In this document: piece by piece, positions 26,126-40,204 of the stretch
Layout of the letters: each line of letters begins with the position of its first letter
Position numbering within the stretch: position 1 is the stretch's first letter
Source of the DNA: Camelus dromedarius
Lineage: Eukaryota
Direction: 5' to 3'
DNA: 64,000 bases
NCBI RefSeq assembly: GCF_036321535.1
Contig: NC_087436.1
Location: 115,632,001 to 115,696,000, forward strand
Program-made: the position numbers and the translations under genes
The notes under the pieces: model-generated
Databases searched by the model: none
Seen by the model: the letters and a program-made list of their open reading frames with translations, nothing else
What the model was told of the DNA's origin: nothing

Positions 26126-26544
26126 GAAAACAGGAGTATGTTATTATGTTATAGTGAGAGTTGGTGGTGGCTGTAACAAAGAGAGTGACAATGATGATGG
26201 AGATAATTTTATTAAGTGGAAAGAAATTTAAGAGTTATTATTGGTAGAACTTGATGAAGGAGAGTTTGGGATTGCTGAAAGAAGAAAGCAAGAATGATGT
26301 CCAGAAACATTTTGCTTGGATGACTAGGACAACTAGGCAATGCCAAGTAGTGAGCCAGAAAGAAGTCAGTTAAAGTTTCAGTGAAATAGAGGCCACCAAT
26401 CACTAGTTCTGAGCACCAGGACTAATGCAGTACATGGTCCAAATTGTATTCATTAATGTGATTTTATCATTGCTATAATTTTTATATGTTTACTGCTTCC
26501 TCTTCCATCCTTCAAATCTGCTCCTCTAAATTATATACTCTTGA

Positions 26545-26926
26545 TTTTTTAATTGAAATACATTTGATATATAACATTGTGTAAATTTCAGGTGCACAAC
26601 ATGTTGATTTGACATATGATTGCTATCGTTGTGATGGTTATCACCTCTATCATGTCACGTAATTATCATTTCTTTTTTGTGGCTGGAATAATTAAGATCT
26701 AGTCTCTCAGCAAGTTTGATGATTATACTACAATATTGTTGTTTATATTCACCATGCCATGCATTAGATCTCTAGGACTTATTTACTCCTAGTTGCAAGT
26801 TTATACCCTTAACATCTCTCCTATTCGCCCACTTACCAGCCCCTGGTAATCCCCATATTACTCTCTGTGTTCACAGGTTTGGTGTTTTTAGATTCCATAT
26901 ATAACTGACATCATACAGTATTTGTT
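26545..26926 (-). mobile_element. L1MA-type 3' UTR
   Basis: ttttttaattgaaatacatttgatatataacattgtgtaaatttcaggtgcacaacatgttgattt ... ttagattccatatataactgacatcatacagtatttg. Confidence 0.85.
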
Positions 26927-27729
26927 GAATACTGTCACCATCCTCTCAGGCTTTTAAGAAAATAGCAGATCTTCAATAAATGTTAGTTGCTTGTTGAAAG
27001 TACATGGCAAATCAACAAATATATAACATTTTTTTTCTTCTAAAAGCAGTTCAGAGAGCTCTTGATGGTGAATTCCCTGAGCTTAAATTCCATTTGAATG
27101 TTTTCACTTTAAAATATTGTGCTACATCAAGAATGCATTCTCTTTGATACAGTTGAGGTGCGGTTTCCAAAAAAATCAGCTCGTTGGTCTCAAATTCTCT
27201 CTCTTCCTTTTTCCTTCTTCCCTCAGGGCACACTGCCTCTTCTAAACCGAAGCTTACAAGCTCTTTAACAGTCCACACACAATCTTTTTAGCAAAATCCA
27301 TACCCTTTTTTTTAGAATTTGAGAAAAATGAAGCATTGACTCTCTTAGGCAGGTACCTAACCTCTTTGTTTATGTGTTTATGGATTATATTGTTTGCAGG
27401 TTAGAAGGTTGTAGAGTGAAGGATAACTCAAAGAGCCAATTGCTCTGTGGGATGCAGGGACAGGCTTTTTAAATAGTCCTACTTGATCCCTGTGTCTGCT
27501 ATCCAGCCTTTATTATTATTTTCTTTAGATTTGAGAACTTTAAACCTGGTGTGGCTTTACATGGGTTTATGAAGAGTCACAATCAGACACAAAGCAATGA
27601 GGTTCAAGGATTTTTGAATCTAAGCATGATGGAATGGAAATAGTGAATCAGTAGATTTTCTAACTTTCCAAAAATATTAAAGATAACCAATTTCACTGAA
27701 GGATATACAAAAATACCTGGAAAGAGTTA

Positions 27730-27955
27730 TTATGTCCTAGGTACTTATAATGTGTCAAGTACATTTTATCTTTCCACCAATCCTATGATTTAAGAATGAC
27801 TATTAATTACTATTAACTCTATTTTCTAAATGAAAAAGAAAAAAAAAAAAAAAAGCTTGGATGGGTTGTGTAATAAGCCCAAGATCACATAGATATTACA
27901 TGATTAAACCTAGATTTGAACCCAAGTCTGACTTCCAAGTCCATGTTCTTTATCA
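27730..27955 (-). mobile_element. MIR SINE with internal A-run
   Basis: gcccaagatcacatag...gatttgaacccaagtctgacttccaagtccatgttctt. Confidence 0.75.
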
Positions 27956-28202
27956 ATTTGCTAGACTATAATAAGACAGTAGTCATATTCATTTAAATAA
28001 ATTACACTCATAATCAAAGCTATAGTTTCTTGGTCATCTTCTTGTTTTTGTGTACATTTCTATCTTGTAAATCACAAGATTTCCACGAAGGTTGCCCCCT
28101 TTCCCAAGATCACATAACCAGATGGTGGTAGAGCCTTCCTTTTTTAAAAAATTATTCTGCTTTAGTAAGAAGTTTATTTGTAATTACTTCTTTAAAAGCT
28201 AG

Positions 28203-28800
28203 TTTTTATTGAAATATAGTTGACAAACAACATTATGTTTGCTTTAGGTGTACTACATAGTGATTCAATGTGATATGAAAGGATCAACGTGTTAAGTCTA
28301 GTAACCGTCTACATATATATATGCTACTTCTTCATCCGTTTATCTATTGATGGACTATGAGGTTGTTTTTATATGTCTTGGCTGTTGTAAATAATGCTGC
28401 AATGAACATTGGGGTGTATGTGTCTTTTTGAATTAGTGTTTTTGCTTTTTCTCAGGTAAGTACCCATAAGTGGATTGTTAGATCATATGGTAGTTCTACT
28501 TTTTAACTTTTTGAGGAATCTCCATACTGTTTTCCATAGTGATTGCACCAATTTACATTCCTACCAACAGTGCACAAGGTTCCCTTTACCCCACGTCCTC
28601 ACCAGCACTTGTTATTTCTTGTCTTTTTGATGACAGCCATTCTGACAATTGTGAAGTGATATCTCACTGTATTTTTGATTTGCACTTTTCTGACGGTAAG
28701 TGATGTTGAGCGTGTGTCTGTGTGTCTGTTGGTCATTGGTCTGACTTCTTTAGAAAAATGTCTGTTCAAGCCCTCTGCCCATTTTTCAATCAGGTTGTTT
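28203..28800 (-). mobile_element. L1MA9-like 3' end with internal deletion near 28310
   Basis: 3' UTR end ttttattgaaatatagttgacaaacaacattatg joined directly to ORF2-end sequence (ccatactgttttccatagtgattgcaccaatttacattcctaccaacagtgcacaagg). Confidence 0.85.
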
Positions 28801-29499
28801 CTGAAATGCAGGTCTCCCGAGTTACATTTCATGCACTTCCTAACTCTTCTTTTTAATCATGGCTCTGAATTTGGGGAGACAGAAGGAAACACTTGTCTTT
28901 TGGCTTCAAAGAGACAAGGTATTAAAAAGAGTAGAACCCATTTCTGACTCTCTCCTGCAAGCGAGGGATGGTTTCGACTATACTTTCAGAAATTAAGGCA
29001 AAATTCCTACTCTAGTAACAATGCCATTCCCTGCCTCTGCTCCTGTCCCTTACAGCCTGGTACCAAGGATTGTGTGTGTTTTTGCAAGGGAGGGGATCTT
29101 TCATTACCTCAATGAGATTGAATGCTCACAATACCACATACCACCTAATAGCCATAAGACATTGGGAAAGACATGCTCTTTAAAGATCAGTTTCCTCATT
29201 TTTCAGTAACAAACCTACTAAGCAACATTTGAGCAGAAAATGTGACAAATCTGAGGGTTTAATGAAGCTCACACTGAGACATAGTGACCAATAACAGACG
29301 ATTTGCTAGGACTAGATTTTTACATAAGAAAAGAGAACAGTAAGTTATTCATAATAATACCAAAGATTTAAAACTAACATGTTGTTCTTCCTTCTCCCTC
29401 CTCACCCCCTTTCTCAGCCTGTTCCTCTTTCTCCTTCCCTTTGTCTTCTCTTTTTGGTCAGTTCAGTTTAAAATCAATTAAGTGTGGGCAATTGAGGTA

Positions 29500-31250
29500 G
29501 ACCTCTCTGTGAGAGGCAGTCATAGGGTAGGAGGTTATAGCCACAGCCACCTGTCAGAGTTTGGACATCCACAGGGTGGAGGTGATGGTCCAGTGAGGGG
29601 TGTCAGAGACCACACACAGTGATCTCAGTGGGGTCAGAGGGTGGGGACAAGCCAGCATGCAGTGTTAGAGTTCAGGTCCAAGTGGAATAAGAAGCTTGTC
29701 CTTGTGAGATGAGGGTGCTATCATGATGATGGCCTGGGGCCAGAATGGGGTGTGAGAATCCCAGTGGGGTACAGGGAGTCTCTGCACATTGGGAGGGTGG
29801 TTATCTTGGGGTGCTGGAGCCTCAGGTGGAGTGATAAGGAAGGCATTCTATGAGGAGAATTCTTGGTGTGAAGTCTTTAAAAATACTCGTGGTGAAGAGG
29901 GTGTTTGCTAGGGGTAGGTGTAAGTGGCCGAGGTGTTGGGAGATTTTTTACATACAGGGAGATGGATTAAATAAGGAAGTATGTTGAGGAAAATGGGATT
30001 CAGGCTTCCCTCCGCTAGAAAAGAGCGTTACAGACAGAAAACACTGGGATGAAATCTAAGGTTTTGGAATGAACTTGGTGGTACTGGTATATATTTTTAA
30101 GATACATTGATAGATAACTAGATGGGCATATAAATAAACACAAATGTAAATGGGTGTGTTAGTATACACGCACATACCCCTAGATCTGTCCACTGACTGA
30201 GTGCCTGGGAGCAACAGCACCCCAGCAGCGGTGAGCATTCCTTGTGTTCAGAGCTGGGTTCCCAGACACAATTCTCCCCTGAAAGAAACCAAGGTATCTA
30301 TAAAATGGTCGATTACAGGGCTGAGAAAGGAGAAGTACAGGATGCCTGATCATCTAGTTGTGCCAAAAAATAAGAATTTTCTTAAAAAATGATAAGGACA
30401 CATGTGAAAAGACACAGAATGAAGCTTGAAAAGATTCCCATGAGCCAAATCTGGGAAGGTTTGAATGTCATCCATTAGTAACAAAGTAGGAAAGATTTGT
30501 TTGTTCATACTGAACTAAATACATACACACATAGGGAAAATCAAAGATGTAATATTTACATTGTCTCAAAGTGCCTTTCTGCAAAATTCTTATCAATTCA
30601 AATAAAATTAAAAAAAAAGGTAATTTCCAGCAGAGACGCTGGGCAGAGACCACATTAATCAAATGATCAAAGTTAACATCATCCATCAAGGGTCAAATCA
30701 AAATCATCTGTCACCTAAAAGGTTGCAACAAGAGCACAGCATAACATCTGTGATATTGTGGTTAAAGATGCATAAGCTGAATCTAATTCTGAGGGAGTGT
30801 CAGAGAAACCCAAATGAGAGGCTCTGCAAAACTCAAGCACAAAACTCCACAAAAGTGACCTGCCGTCTTCAAAAGTGTTGAGGTCCTGAAAGTCAAGGAA
30901 AACTGAGAAATCACTTCACATCAAAGGAGACTAAAGAGAGATGACAGCTAAATTCAGTGGGTGAGTCTGGCCCACCTCTTTCTGCTGTGAAGGATATTAT
31001 TAAGATAATTGGCAAAACTTAACGGGGTCTGAGGATTAGATGGCGGTAACGTGGTCGTGTTAGTTTCCTGATTTTTATGGTCATATCAGATTAGGTGGGA
31101 GAATTCCTTATTTGCAAGGATGACACAGTGAAGTGAGGGTGATGGGACATACCAGTAAGGTTGACAAACAGTTCACAAAATAAAACTGCTTGTTCTGTTT
31201 TTGCAAATTTCGTAAAATGGCCAGTTTGTTTCAAAATAAAAGAAAGGAAA
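29500..31250 (+). mobile_element. L1MC3/4-like long 3' UTR
   Basis: agcaacagcaccccagcagcggtgagca, aatgatcaaagttaacatcatc, aaaggagactaaagagagatgacagctaaa, ggggtctgaggattagatgg, ending gtttcaaaataaaag. Confidence 0.8.
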
Positions 31251-31352
31251 AAAGCCATAGTGGGCATTTACTTAAAGCCTTGCTTTTTCAAAATTACTTG
31301 ACATATGTTCATTTACCTAATTCTTGAAACAAACCATTCAGATAGGTACTAT

Positions 31353-31972
31353 TGAGACAGGAAGTGGGCAGCGCACAGCCATGCAAGGAATGCTACAGCA
31401 ATTAACATCAAAATAGTGAAAGATTCAACCCCGGGAGGCCTTAAGACTCAAGATGGTGGGAGATTTAACTTCTAGTAGACTTTGAGCTTCATTATATGCT
31501 TATTGTAGTATATTAGCATGGTGAATAACATTCCTACAGGTGCTGGGACAGTCCCAAGGCTAGCCACAATAGGTCGAAGAGTGGGAAATGGCCAACCCAG
31601 CCCCTTCCCCAGGCTAGTTGGACTGGTCCTTCCACTTATTAGCACATGAAGCTACAAAGCCCATAAAAACTGGCAACACTGCCCCTCACAGGCTCTTCTC
31701 TCTCTCTGCTCAGAGACGGCCCACACTCTGTCTATGGAGTGTGTACCTACTTTTACTCTAATCTGGGCACCCAACCCCCACACCTCATGGCCTTTCTCTT
31801 GCCTTTCAATGTATCTCTCTGAATAAATCTACCTTTACTCAACTGTGGCTCACTTTTGAATTCTTTCCTGCATGAAGCCAAGGACCCACACTTGGCGGGG
31901 CACATCCCAGGGGCTCAACTGAAGCCTGGGACACAGCCCTTCTCACGCCCCACATCCGTTTTTCCTGCATCA
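31353..31972 (+). mobile_element. Complete ERV1 (MER41-like) solo LTR inserted in a MIR
   Basis: TGAGACAGG...CCTGCATCA ends, 4-bp TSD ctat at 31349-31352 and 31973-31976, TATA-like cataaaaa, AATAAA near 31822, tgaattctttcctgcatgaagccaaggaccc; flanks rejoin as an antisense MIR. Confidence 0.92.
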
Positions 31973-32089
31973 CTATTGCTGCGTCCAGTTGCAGAAAAGA
32001 TATTTAGGGAAGAAAGAATTAAGTGTTTGGCTCCGTTTCTAAGGAGAAAGAAGAAAGGCTCAGGAAAACAGAGAGGAGGAGGCCACAGG

Positions 32090-32330
32090 AAACAGCATTG
32101 GTGCAGGCACTGGAAAAAAGTTTCAGAAGGCAGGTTTGGATCCAGACGAACTTAGACCTCAATCCCTGTCCCGTAAATCTATGGTTTGGGGTCAATTACT
32201 TAAAGACTCATACACTATTCTCTCATCTGTATAATGAGAATATTGTTTATGGGTTTATGAGAAATGGATGAGATTAAAGATATGAAATGATGGATACAGC
32301 ACCTGGCACAGGTTGTGCACCTGCTGTGTG
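32090..32330 (+). mobile_element. MIR SINE
   Basis: ctcatctgtataatgagaata...gagattaaagatatgaaa...acagcacctggcaca. Confidence 0.65.
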
Positions 32331-32849
32331 TTCGTGATTGTCATGAACACTGCAAGTGTCTTCCCGTTACTACAATACTCGATCAGGATACTTTAAGCAG
32401 CAACGTGATGTTTCCAGGAGGAGAATGACTGTCAAAACATTTCTCCTATACCATTCAGAAACAGAGGTTCTCTAACAGTATATAGGATTTTCTCATTTGC
32501 TTTAACTCTGTGGAAACACTGTGGGGCCAATTTCACACAATTTAGATTTAGAACTTGAATATGGAGGTGCTTATCTTTAATAAAATGAAAATTAACCTAT
32601 AGAATAGAGGAGACAGAAACTAGTAGTACCCGGATTCTGGTTCCTACTGTACTGTTTGCAAGTGCAGAATCGATTTAGCTGAATGAACAGTGTGCTTGTA
32701 TTCCAGCAATTTATAATTCCCTGAGTCTGCAAAGCTCTTTTTATATCCATCACATCATTTGATTTTCCTAAGCAATCCTTCAAGTTGGCCAGAGCAAGCA
32801 TTGCTATTCAGAAGAAACTTGTGCTTTGAAAATCTAAAGCAAATGATAC

Positions 32850-33030
32850 AGTTAGTATTTATTGAATGCTCACTTTATGCTCAAGCACTGTTTAAAACTT
32901 ACATGGATTCCTGATTTAATTGTCCAACAACTCAGTGCGCTAGGTACTGTCATTCCTGTTTTATGGATGGGAATCTGGAGAGCACCTGAAGCCTGGATTC
33001 GAACACTGCTCTTCTGGTTTCCAAGGGTGT
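32850..33030 (-). mobile_element. MIR SINE
   Basis: atttattgaatgctcactttatgctcaagcactgttt...taggtactgtcattcctgttttatggatggg...ggattcgaac. Confidence 0.75.
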
Positions 33031-36000
33031 CTCTTTACCAATACACTACTAATCTTTGTTACTTTTTGGCAGAAGTTGCCTGATTTCCCAAGGTTTCACA
33101 GCCAGTACATAACAGAGTTGATATGCTAATTCCTTCTGTATATTATTCCTCTCAGTTCTATAGGTTATATTTTGTTTTCTCCGTGACTAAACCATAATAA
33201 ATGCATAAATGCACTTCTGTGTCCTGGTTTCAATCTGGAACATTGATCATATTTGAACCTAGTTTTTGCCACTTTATCTCTCCTTCAGCACTCTCCTCTC
33301 TCTCTCTCCTCTCTCTTTCTCTCTCCTCCCCTCATTGTATCCTTTGCTCTTACAGCTCTCTTCCCAAGCATCTTCAGCAGGACGAACCTTCACTCAGCCC
33401 TGCCAAGCTCTTTTATTACTAACATTGGCCCCATTGCACCTTTTACTGTTCTCCCATCCGCCTAATTTTGGTAGCTTTTTAAATCGATTTCCAATGGGTA
33501 ACCTGATATCTTTGGGTTATGAAGAAAACAAATTGCAGAATAAAGTACTTCCCCATAAATAGAGATAGGAGATGCTTGGGGTCTTATTAAAAACAAACAA
33601 ACACACACACGAACAAACAAAAACTCTGCCCCTCTGACCACAATTCAAGTCAACAATCTTAACTTCCTCCAAGGGGAGCTGAAGTCTCTGATCACCCGAG
33701 GTGTCCGTTCCACTGAGAGATAAGGGACGCTCTTTGGTAGGATCATCTTCAGATTACGTTTTGCCGTATTTCCCAAGTGATCTTGCAATTCCTCATGAAG
33801 GCAGGATTGCGGAAGCTTCCTTGGGTGTCTCAGGTCTCTTTAGGGAACATTCAGATGGGTCTCCCATCTCTAGCCTCTCTCCAGTCCCCACTCACCAGAT
33901 TGTCCTTGTATCAGCATCATTTCCAGCAGAGACAACTTTATAAATGCTAGTAAGTGTGTCCTTTATTTTCATGATACTTCAGTGTAAGAGCTTATCAAGA
34001 GTCAAAAAAATTGATCAAGCAGGAAATTTGGTCCTAAACTAGTGGTTTTGGCCCCAAACTAAGTTACATTGTCCCAATAAAGAAAATGATTGATGTCAAT
34101 ATGCTCTCCTGTTAAATGTATACTAGTACTATACTTTGACTTTATGTTCATTTGTTTATTTCCATGTGTAACATGAGAAAGGGTCATTTGCAACTGGTTC
34201 CACAAGCCAGAATTTGGAACTGCGTACATTGATCCTTGCCCTACATTTCAGCTACAACCTGGTATCACAACACCGTGTTTTTCCCATGAAGAAGTTTCCA
34301 ATTTGTTTTGAGCACAAATTCTCAAAGACATGCATCCATTCTTGCACTAAATTAATGAGTGTCCAGGACTGACCTTGTGAGTTAGCTCAGTCTCACTTCC
34401 ATATTTTTTATTTCTCCTCAGTTTATTATTTCTTCTCAGTATGTGCTTGAATAATGAGAAACAATGCATTCAATAATTTTTAAATGCATGGTAGCATAAA
34501 TTACAGCCCACCTCTGTCCTCTGCCCATTTGACAACCCAGTAAATTACTTATAATAAATGAAAACAAACAAAAAAAATTGATGTGGCTAACAGATTTTTT
34601 TTAATTAAAAACTTAAAAAGGCATCTATTTCCTGAATGTTTACTAAATAATATATGGGAAAGAAATGCAAGTCCTACTATGTAACACATGGCTTATCTGA
34701 AAAGAATTTGTATCAGATTTGAATTCAGAAAGATCTGATCTAATCCTATATGCACACTGTGGAGAATTTTGTTCTTTCCCCAACTTTCACTCTCACCATC
34801 TTTAAGATGAAGGAGGAAGGGCTGAGTGCTAACCTGCTTTTCTTGAACTTTAGAGAGGATTAAAGAATAAAATAACTATGAACATCCAACCTAGTAAATG
34901 CTTAATAAATGAAAAATATTACATTTTGTGGATGCCTTGTGCCTGGCAGCAATCCCATATGTCTCACACAGAAACCATGCACGTGAAAGAAACAAAACAA
35001 CAAAAGCATAAAATATAATGCAAGCTATTCTCTCATCAGGTGCTTAAGCTTTCTTGACTGATCTGCAAATTTCCTTCTCTAAATGGTTTATTTTGCATCA
35101 CCTTGTTTCTCCCTTCATAAATACTTGCAAAAGCTTTAGATGATGATCTCTTCCTCCAAAAAAATGTTATCCTTTTCTCTGCTGGGGAAACACATCAGGG
35201 CTGGTTACTTCAGTCCTGCCAGAGACTGCTGACTTGAGGTTGACGGGCTAATTCTACATTGGATTTGCCTTGAATCTAGTTGTTCACTTCAAGATCCTTC
35301 CAAAAATGTCTGCTGTGATTTTTACAAACCTTTCAGCCCCACCACCCACCCTACAACCATACATGACTCCCGAATTTACTTAAGAAAAATAAGTCATATC
35401 TTTTAGACATTCTAAATCCACTATGAAACACTCCGCTGGTGTCTCTCTCCCCCAGCAGTAGACCTTGGTGAGTGCAAAGCCAAGACTGCATCTCCCTTTT
35501 CCAAGTTCAGAATCAAGAGATTCTCCAGAGAATGTCTGCTCGAGTCAACTCGTTTATTCAACACTCCCCCATCCTCTTGAAACTTAGTCTCCCCAGTTCT
35601 CATTGCCTCCTAACATTTCTGCTGCCTTCAGACAGATACTTTCTGCATTTTACAGGATTTTACTGATTTTTCTAGTTCTAGGCAGGAGTGACCATAGTCT
35701 GCAGTTAACTCCATTTCACCTGGAAGATGAAGTCCTGACTGGTTATTTTTAAGGAAATCTCTCATGCCTGGATATTTTATTTACTTAATACTTCACGTAT
35801 GATCATTCTCTATTTTAAGTATGACAATCTCAGTAAGTTGAAGTCCCAAGGAAACTGAATCTGCTGCTCCTTATTTATATTACCTTTTGTTCATGGATGA
35901 AAAGTTCATATGAAGTTCATATGAAGAACTTTGATGATCTTTGGCTGTAAACTCAAATTTGCTTGATTTTAATCTATAGGAAACTTATGTGCTGAAGTCT

Positions 36001-36689
36001 GGAATGCTTTTCTCCAGAGTTTTGATTCATTTCTATGTCTGAAGTTTCTTTAAGAAATGAGACTATTTGGGGTTTGCCTTAAAGATCTGGTTCTAATTTT
36101 TCGCCCATGGCATGGAAATTTACACTCTTCCCCCAGATTTTATTCTTGTCATCATTAAAATGGGGAAAGGGGCTGAGTGCTAATCTTCCCAAGTTTAATT
36201 AGGAGTTTCGGCTACAGCTCACCCATGTTGCAGCTGCCCGAGAGATTAGTCTTTCAATTGCTGTGCTGTGATTGTCTTTTATTATCAAGGAAAATTCTTC
36301 ATCCTCTTTTGTTAGTTTGGTTTCAACTTGTTTTTTGTTCTTGTCATACTTTCTTTTGTTTTGGTAGGATACTTTTGAGATTTATTTTACCTGCTTTGAA
36401 TTTAGCAATTCATTGCCATGGTTGTTGATTCAGACATTAATTGTTTTGTGTTGGGTGATCCTTCCGGTAATATAATCTGTCCATCATGCTGGCTAACAAG
36501 TTTTGAGGAAGGTAATGCTTTTCTAATCATAACACATAAAACACAAGTAATGGAAACTTTTGTTTTGATGAATTAAACCATATTAAACAAAGAACTGCTG
36601 TGTGTGGTATCTAACAATACTATGAAGAAAATGAAAATATAAACCACACTCTTGAAAAAGAAATATTGTACCACATAAAACTTTCAATT

Positions 36690-39660
36690 GGGAACAACAA
36701 TGGCCAATTTCTATAAATCAATAATGTTAAACCAACAACAAAATTAAAGAGAAAAACGAGCAAAGGGCTATACAGGGATTTCATGGAGAGGGAAACGAAA
36801 TGTGTAATAAACCCTTGGAACATCCTTCAGTTCTTTACTACCCAGGAAAATGCAAAATAAAATGCCTCCTGGGGGAGGATATTACTTCCTGACATTTTAA
36901 TGTCAGGCTTCACCAAGTGATTAACTTTGACCAATGGAACATGAGCAGAATGGCCATGTGTCATTTTCAAATAGAAGCTTTAAGTGCCAACATGTTGAAT
37001 ATCATTTTAGTTTTGCTCTGCTGTGAGACTGGCAATGTTTGAAACAGGAGCTCCTCCAACCCTATTAGCCTGGGTCTTGGAGGAAAAGTGATTCCGAGTA
37101 GAGTCACAGTCAACCTCACCTAAAGGAAAGCAAAAGACTTTGGATGTAAGTTGTTGAGATTTGGATGTTATTACTGCAGCATAACTTCACCTTCACAAAC
37201 TGATTTAATACACTAGTAAACATTTAGATATAAATATAATAAACATTTATTAGACACCTAGTGACACATTCATGAGATAATTCTAGCAAGACAGATGGCA
37301 CAAAATAAATGAATTAGTCAGTAAAGTAGAAACAACTTACATGACCATCAACAACAAAAAAATACATTATGATATAGTCATTCAATAGAATTATCTATGA
37401 AAATAAAACAGTAACATTGATGAATGTCAAGAACAAAATGTTCATCAATAAAGCAAGATATAATAGAAAACAAAATATATAATCTTATTTACATAAAGCT
37501 CAAACACATGAAGCAGTAAATACATTGTTTAAGAATAGGAAATTATATGATAAAGTTATAAAAAAAAAGCAGAGGATAAAGAAGACATAATAGGGTAATG
37601 ATTACCAGGGTTGCTGTTGTGTACCCCTAAAATCTCCCTGCTCAGAGTGTTGACTACTGACAGTAAAGAGTCTGACAACTCTTGACACAAAACATCAAAT
37701 GCTAATAGTTTAGTCAGAAGGTGGAGAAAACCCTAGTAAGAAAGAACAATGTAGAACACAACTCTTGAGTTATCTCCCCCTCTCCCTGCAGAGAGCAAGG
37801 GAGCTGAGGCATTTATACACCAGTCACTCTCAGTTATTGGTTTAGGGCTGGTCTCAAGGATGATAATTCTTTAGTATTTCTGGCTGATCAAACAGGTGGC
37901 CAAGCAGGCCACAGAGTTCAGATTAAAAACATTAGCTAAAGAAATGAATATCCAGCATAAGGCAGTTGAGCCAGTGTCTGCTAAGAGTGCTTCTTTGGGA
38001 AAACATATAGAATAAGCTAATTAAGATAATAAGTTATAAATACGCAAATTTACAAATGAAAATTAAGAAATAAACACAGCTATAGAAGAAGCTGTATGAC
38101 TAGTTTAATCAAATCTATGCAAATTAAGGAGAAAGCCTGAGGAAAGGGGTAATTTTCCTAGAAAATATAAATGAGAAGAAAAAGAAAATGTAAGCAGACC
38201 CATTATGCTAAATAAATTGGAAATTTCTCAAGAAAAGAAAAAAAAAAACAATCTGAAAGAGGACTAAACCCAAGCAATATAATAAATCGATCTATCAAAC
38301 TTCTCAAGAAATATAACCAATGTAATTTAAAGTATTAAAGAAGAAAGTTTAGTGTCTAATTCTAGCACATAATGAAATAACATACAATAAGTTAGCTTGA
38401 TGCTTGAATACAGATTGATGGAGAACTCAATGTGAGAAAAAAGTGTCCAAATGTATATTCATAAAATCTGTATATGTATTATAAGACAAAAGTAGAGTTG
38501 CTAATACATGGTGGAAAGATGGAGTATCCAATAAATCATTTGACTTCTCATTTAAAATAAAAACTTGGATCCCTGCCTCATGGCTTATATCAGAGTAAAT
38601 TCCAGATGAATAAAATATTTCAACAAATAATGTAAATCATTAATAGTAATAGTAGAAAATGCATAAAACTATAGGAGGCTTACATGCAAGGCATAAAATT
38701 CAGAATTCAGCAAGGAAATCTTTTGATATGTTAAATATAAAAACATTTAAATACATTTCTTCATAGAAAAAAAAAGAACTACAAAAACAGAGCCAAATGG
38801 CAAACAACAATCTGAAAACGTGTTTTTACCACAGCTAGAACATGCATTGGGATGAATTTCTTACTAAATAAAGAACCTGTATGCCAATTAATAAAATAAT
38901 GATAATCCAATAGAAGGATGTGCAAAGCAAAAGACCAGAAAATAAGAAAAAAATTTAAAAGGATGCTTATATGAAAAAATATTCCAATTCACTCATTAAA
39001 AAGAGTAAAAAAAGATAAAAAAGTTAAAATAATAATGATATGTACAGATTTATAGAAAAGAGTTATAATAACACATAATATTGATGATGATGAAAGGAAC
39101 TGATCTTTCTCATACATTTTTGAAGAAGAGTCAATTAGTGTTGCCCTTCATTTTGGTAATTTCTATCAAAATATATCAGAATACTAGAAAAATCCTAAAT
39201 TGTCATTGATAAAAGGCCACACAATGGAAAGCACATCCGTGTAACAGAATATTATGCAACTGTGAAAAGGAGAGTGTGAAGTCCTTATGTGCTGCTATGG
39301 AGTCACATCCAGAATATTTTGTTGTAAGAAAAAAAGGAAGGAGTAGAATAATGGGTAAATTTCTGATTTTTTAAATGTTTGTGAGTGTGCTTATCAGTAT
39401 GTATTGGACAATCTGTGTTATCTGCTCACTCTTGGGCAAACAACTCATTGCACCACCAAAGCACATGATGAGAAAATTCATAATTGGAAAGGCTACAGGA
39501 AAATGAAAAGCAAAGGTACCAAATATTCCTTAGGCATAAATACTAACAGTGGTTGCCCCTGAATAAGAAAACTAGTAACTCAACAATGGGAGGAAAAGTT
39601 ACTCAGTTGGTTTTGTTGAACTTCTCATACAATAAAATTTTTACACCATGGATATTTACT
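36690..39660 (+). mobile_element. Highly decayed L1ME-type ORF2/3' UTR fragments, interrupted by LTR pieces
   Basis: A-rich sense strand with L1 motifs (aacttggatccctgcctcatggcttatatcagagtaaattccagatgaataaaa; aatccaatagaaggatgtgcaaag; aatattatgcaactgtgaaaag). Confidence 0.6.
36870..37212 (+). mobile_element. MLT1I/J-like LTR
   Basis: ctttgaccaatggaacatgagcagaa, attagcctgggtc, gttattactgcagcataac...ctgatttaataca. Confidence 0.75.
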
Positions 39661-40204
39661 TCTAGAACACTCATTAGTTGGGAATAAAGGCCACAGAAAT
39701 AAAATATGGCATTTTTAATCCAAAGTATGGACTGATTGACTCAAAGATAGGTGAACAGTCTTGGAGGATGATAAAAGCAAAAAATCAGCTATAGAAAAGC
39801 AAGAAGTAGGAAATCTAATAACTAACTGTTTTTAGCCAAAAAGTTTTAGACAGAATGGAACTTTGCAATTCATATTTCTGCAATGAGTGGGCACAGAAAC
39901 TTGGAAAGTAAATGAACAATTCTCTAACCACCTCATATGAATCTCTCATCTTTGTACCTCTGGCTATAAGAGCAAAGGTAGAGACAGAGATTGAATAAAG
40001 CCAGGGATCTGCCCCCTGCTTTACCACTGTGGGACCTGGAGAGAAAAGAGAATGTTCTTTCTGCATTCATTCCTGGAGGCTGGACACTGAATACCCAAAT
40101 ATTATACAGAATTGGAGATCCCATTAAATGGAATTGGGATTGTAAGCTAGAAGAATAAAATTAATAACTAGAATTATTTTTCTCAAGTGAAAAATAAAAC
40201 CCTG

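Larger units (their letters stand above)
24955..26400 (-). mobile_element. L2 (antisense) interrupted by an MLT1 LTR and MER3
   Basis: Tail ttcatttattcgaaactaatttattatgcacttgctatgtcc; body gacagtgggaagcccttgaaggat; resumes ~26130 (gtgagagttggtggtggctgtaac, aagaatgatgtccag). Confidence 0.65.

Noticed and set aside
28599..28832. ORF with L1 ORF2-like peptide ([13 protein letters not shown])
   Set aside because: Short open stretch of a decayed L1MA element, not a gene
35902..35926. Short direct repeat aagttcatatg x2; similar micro-duplications near 49790 and 58405
   Set aside because: Ordinary slippage duplications; no repeat-spacer array, not CRISPR-like
35700..36480. Possible very old antisense L1 remnant; similar T-rich tracts at 58430-59200 and 61500-61900
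   Set aside because: Too decayed to bound or classify by eye
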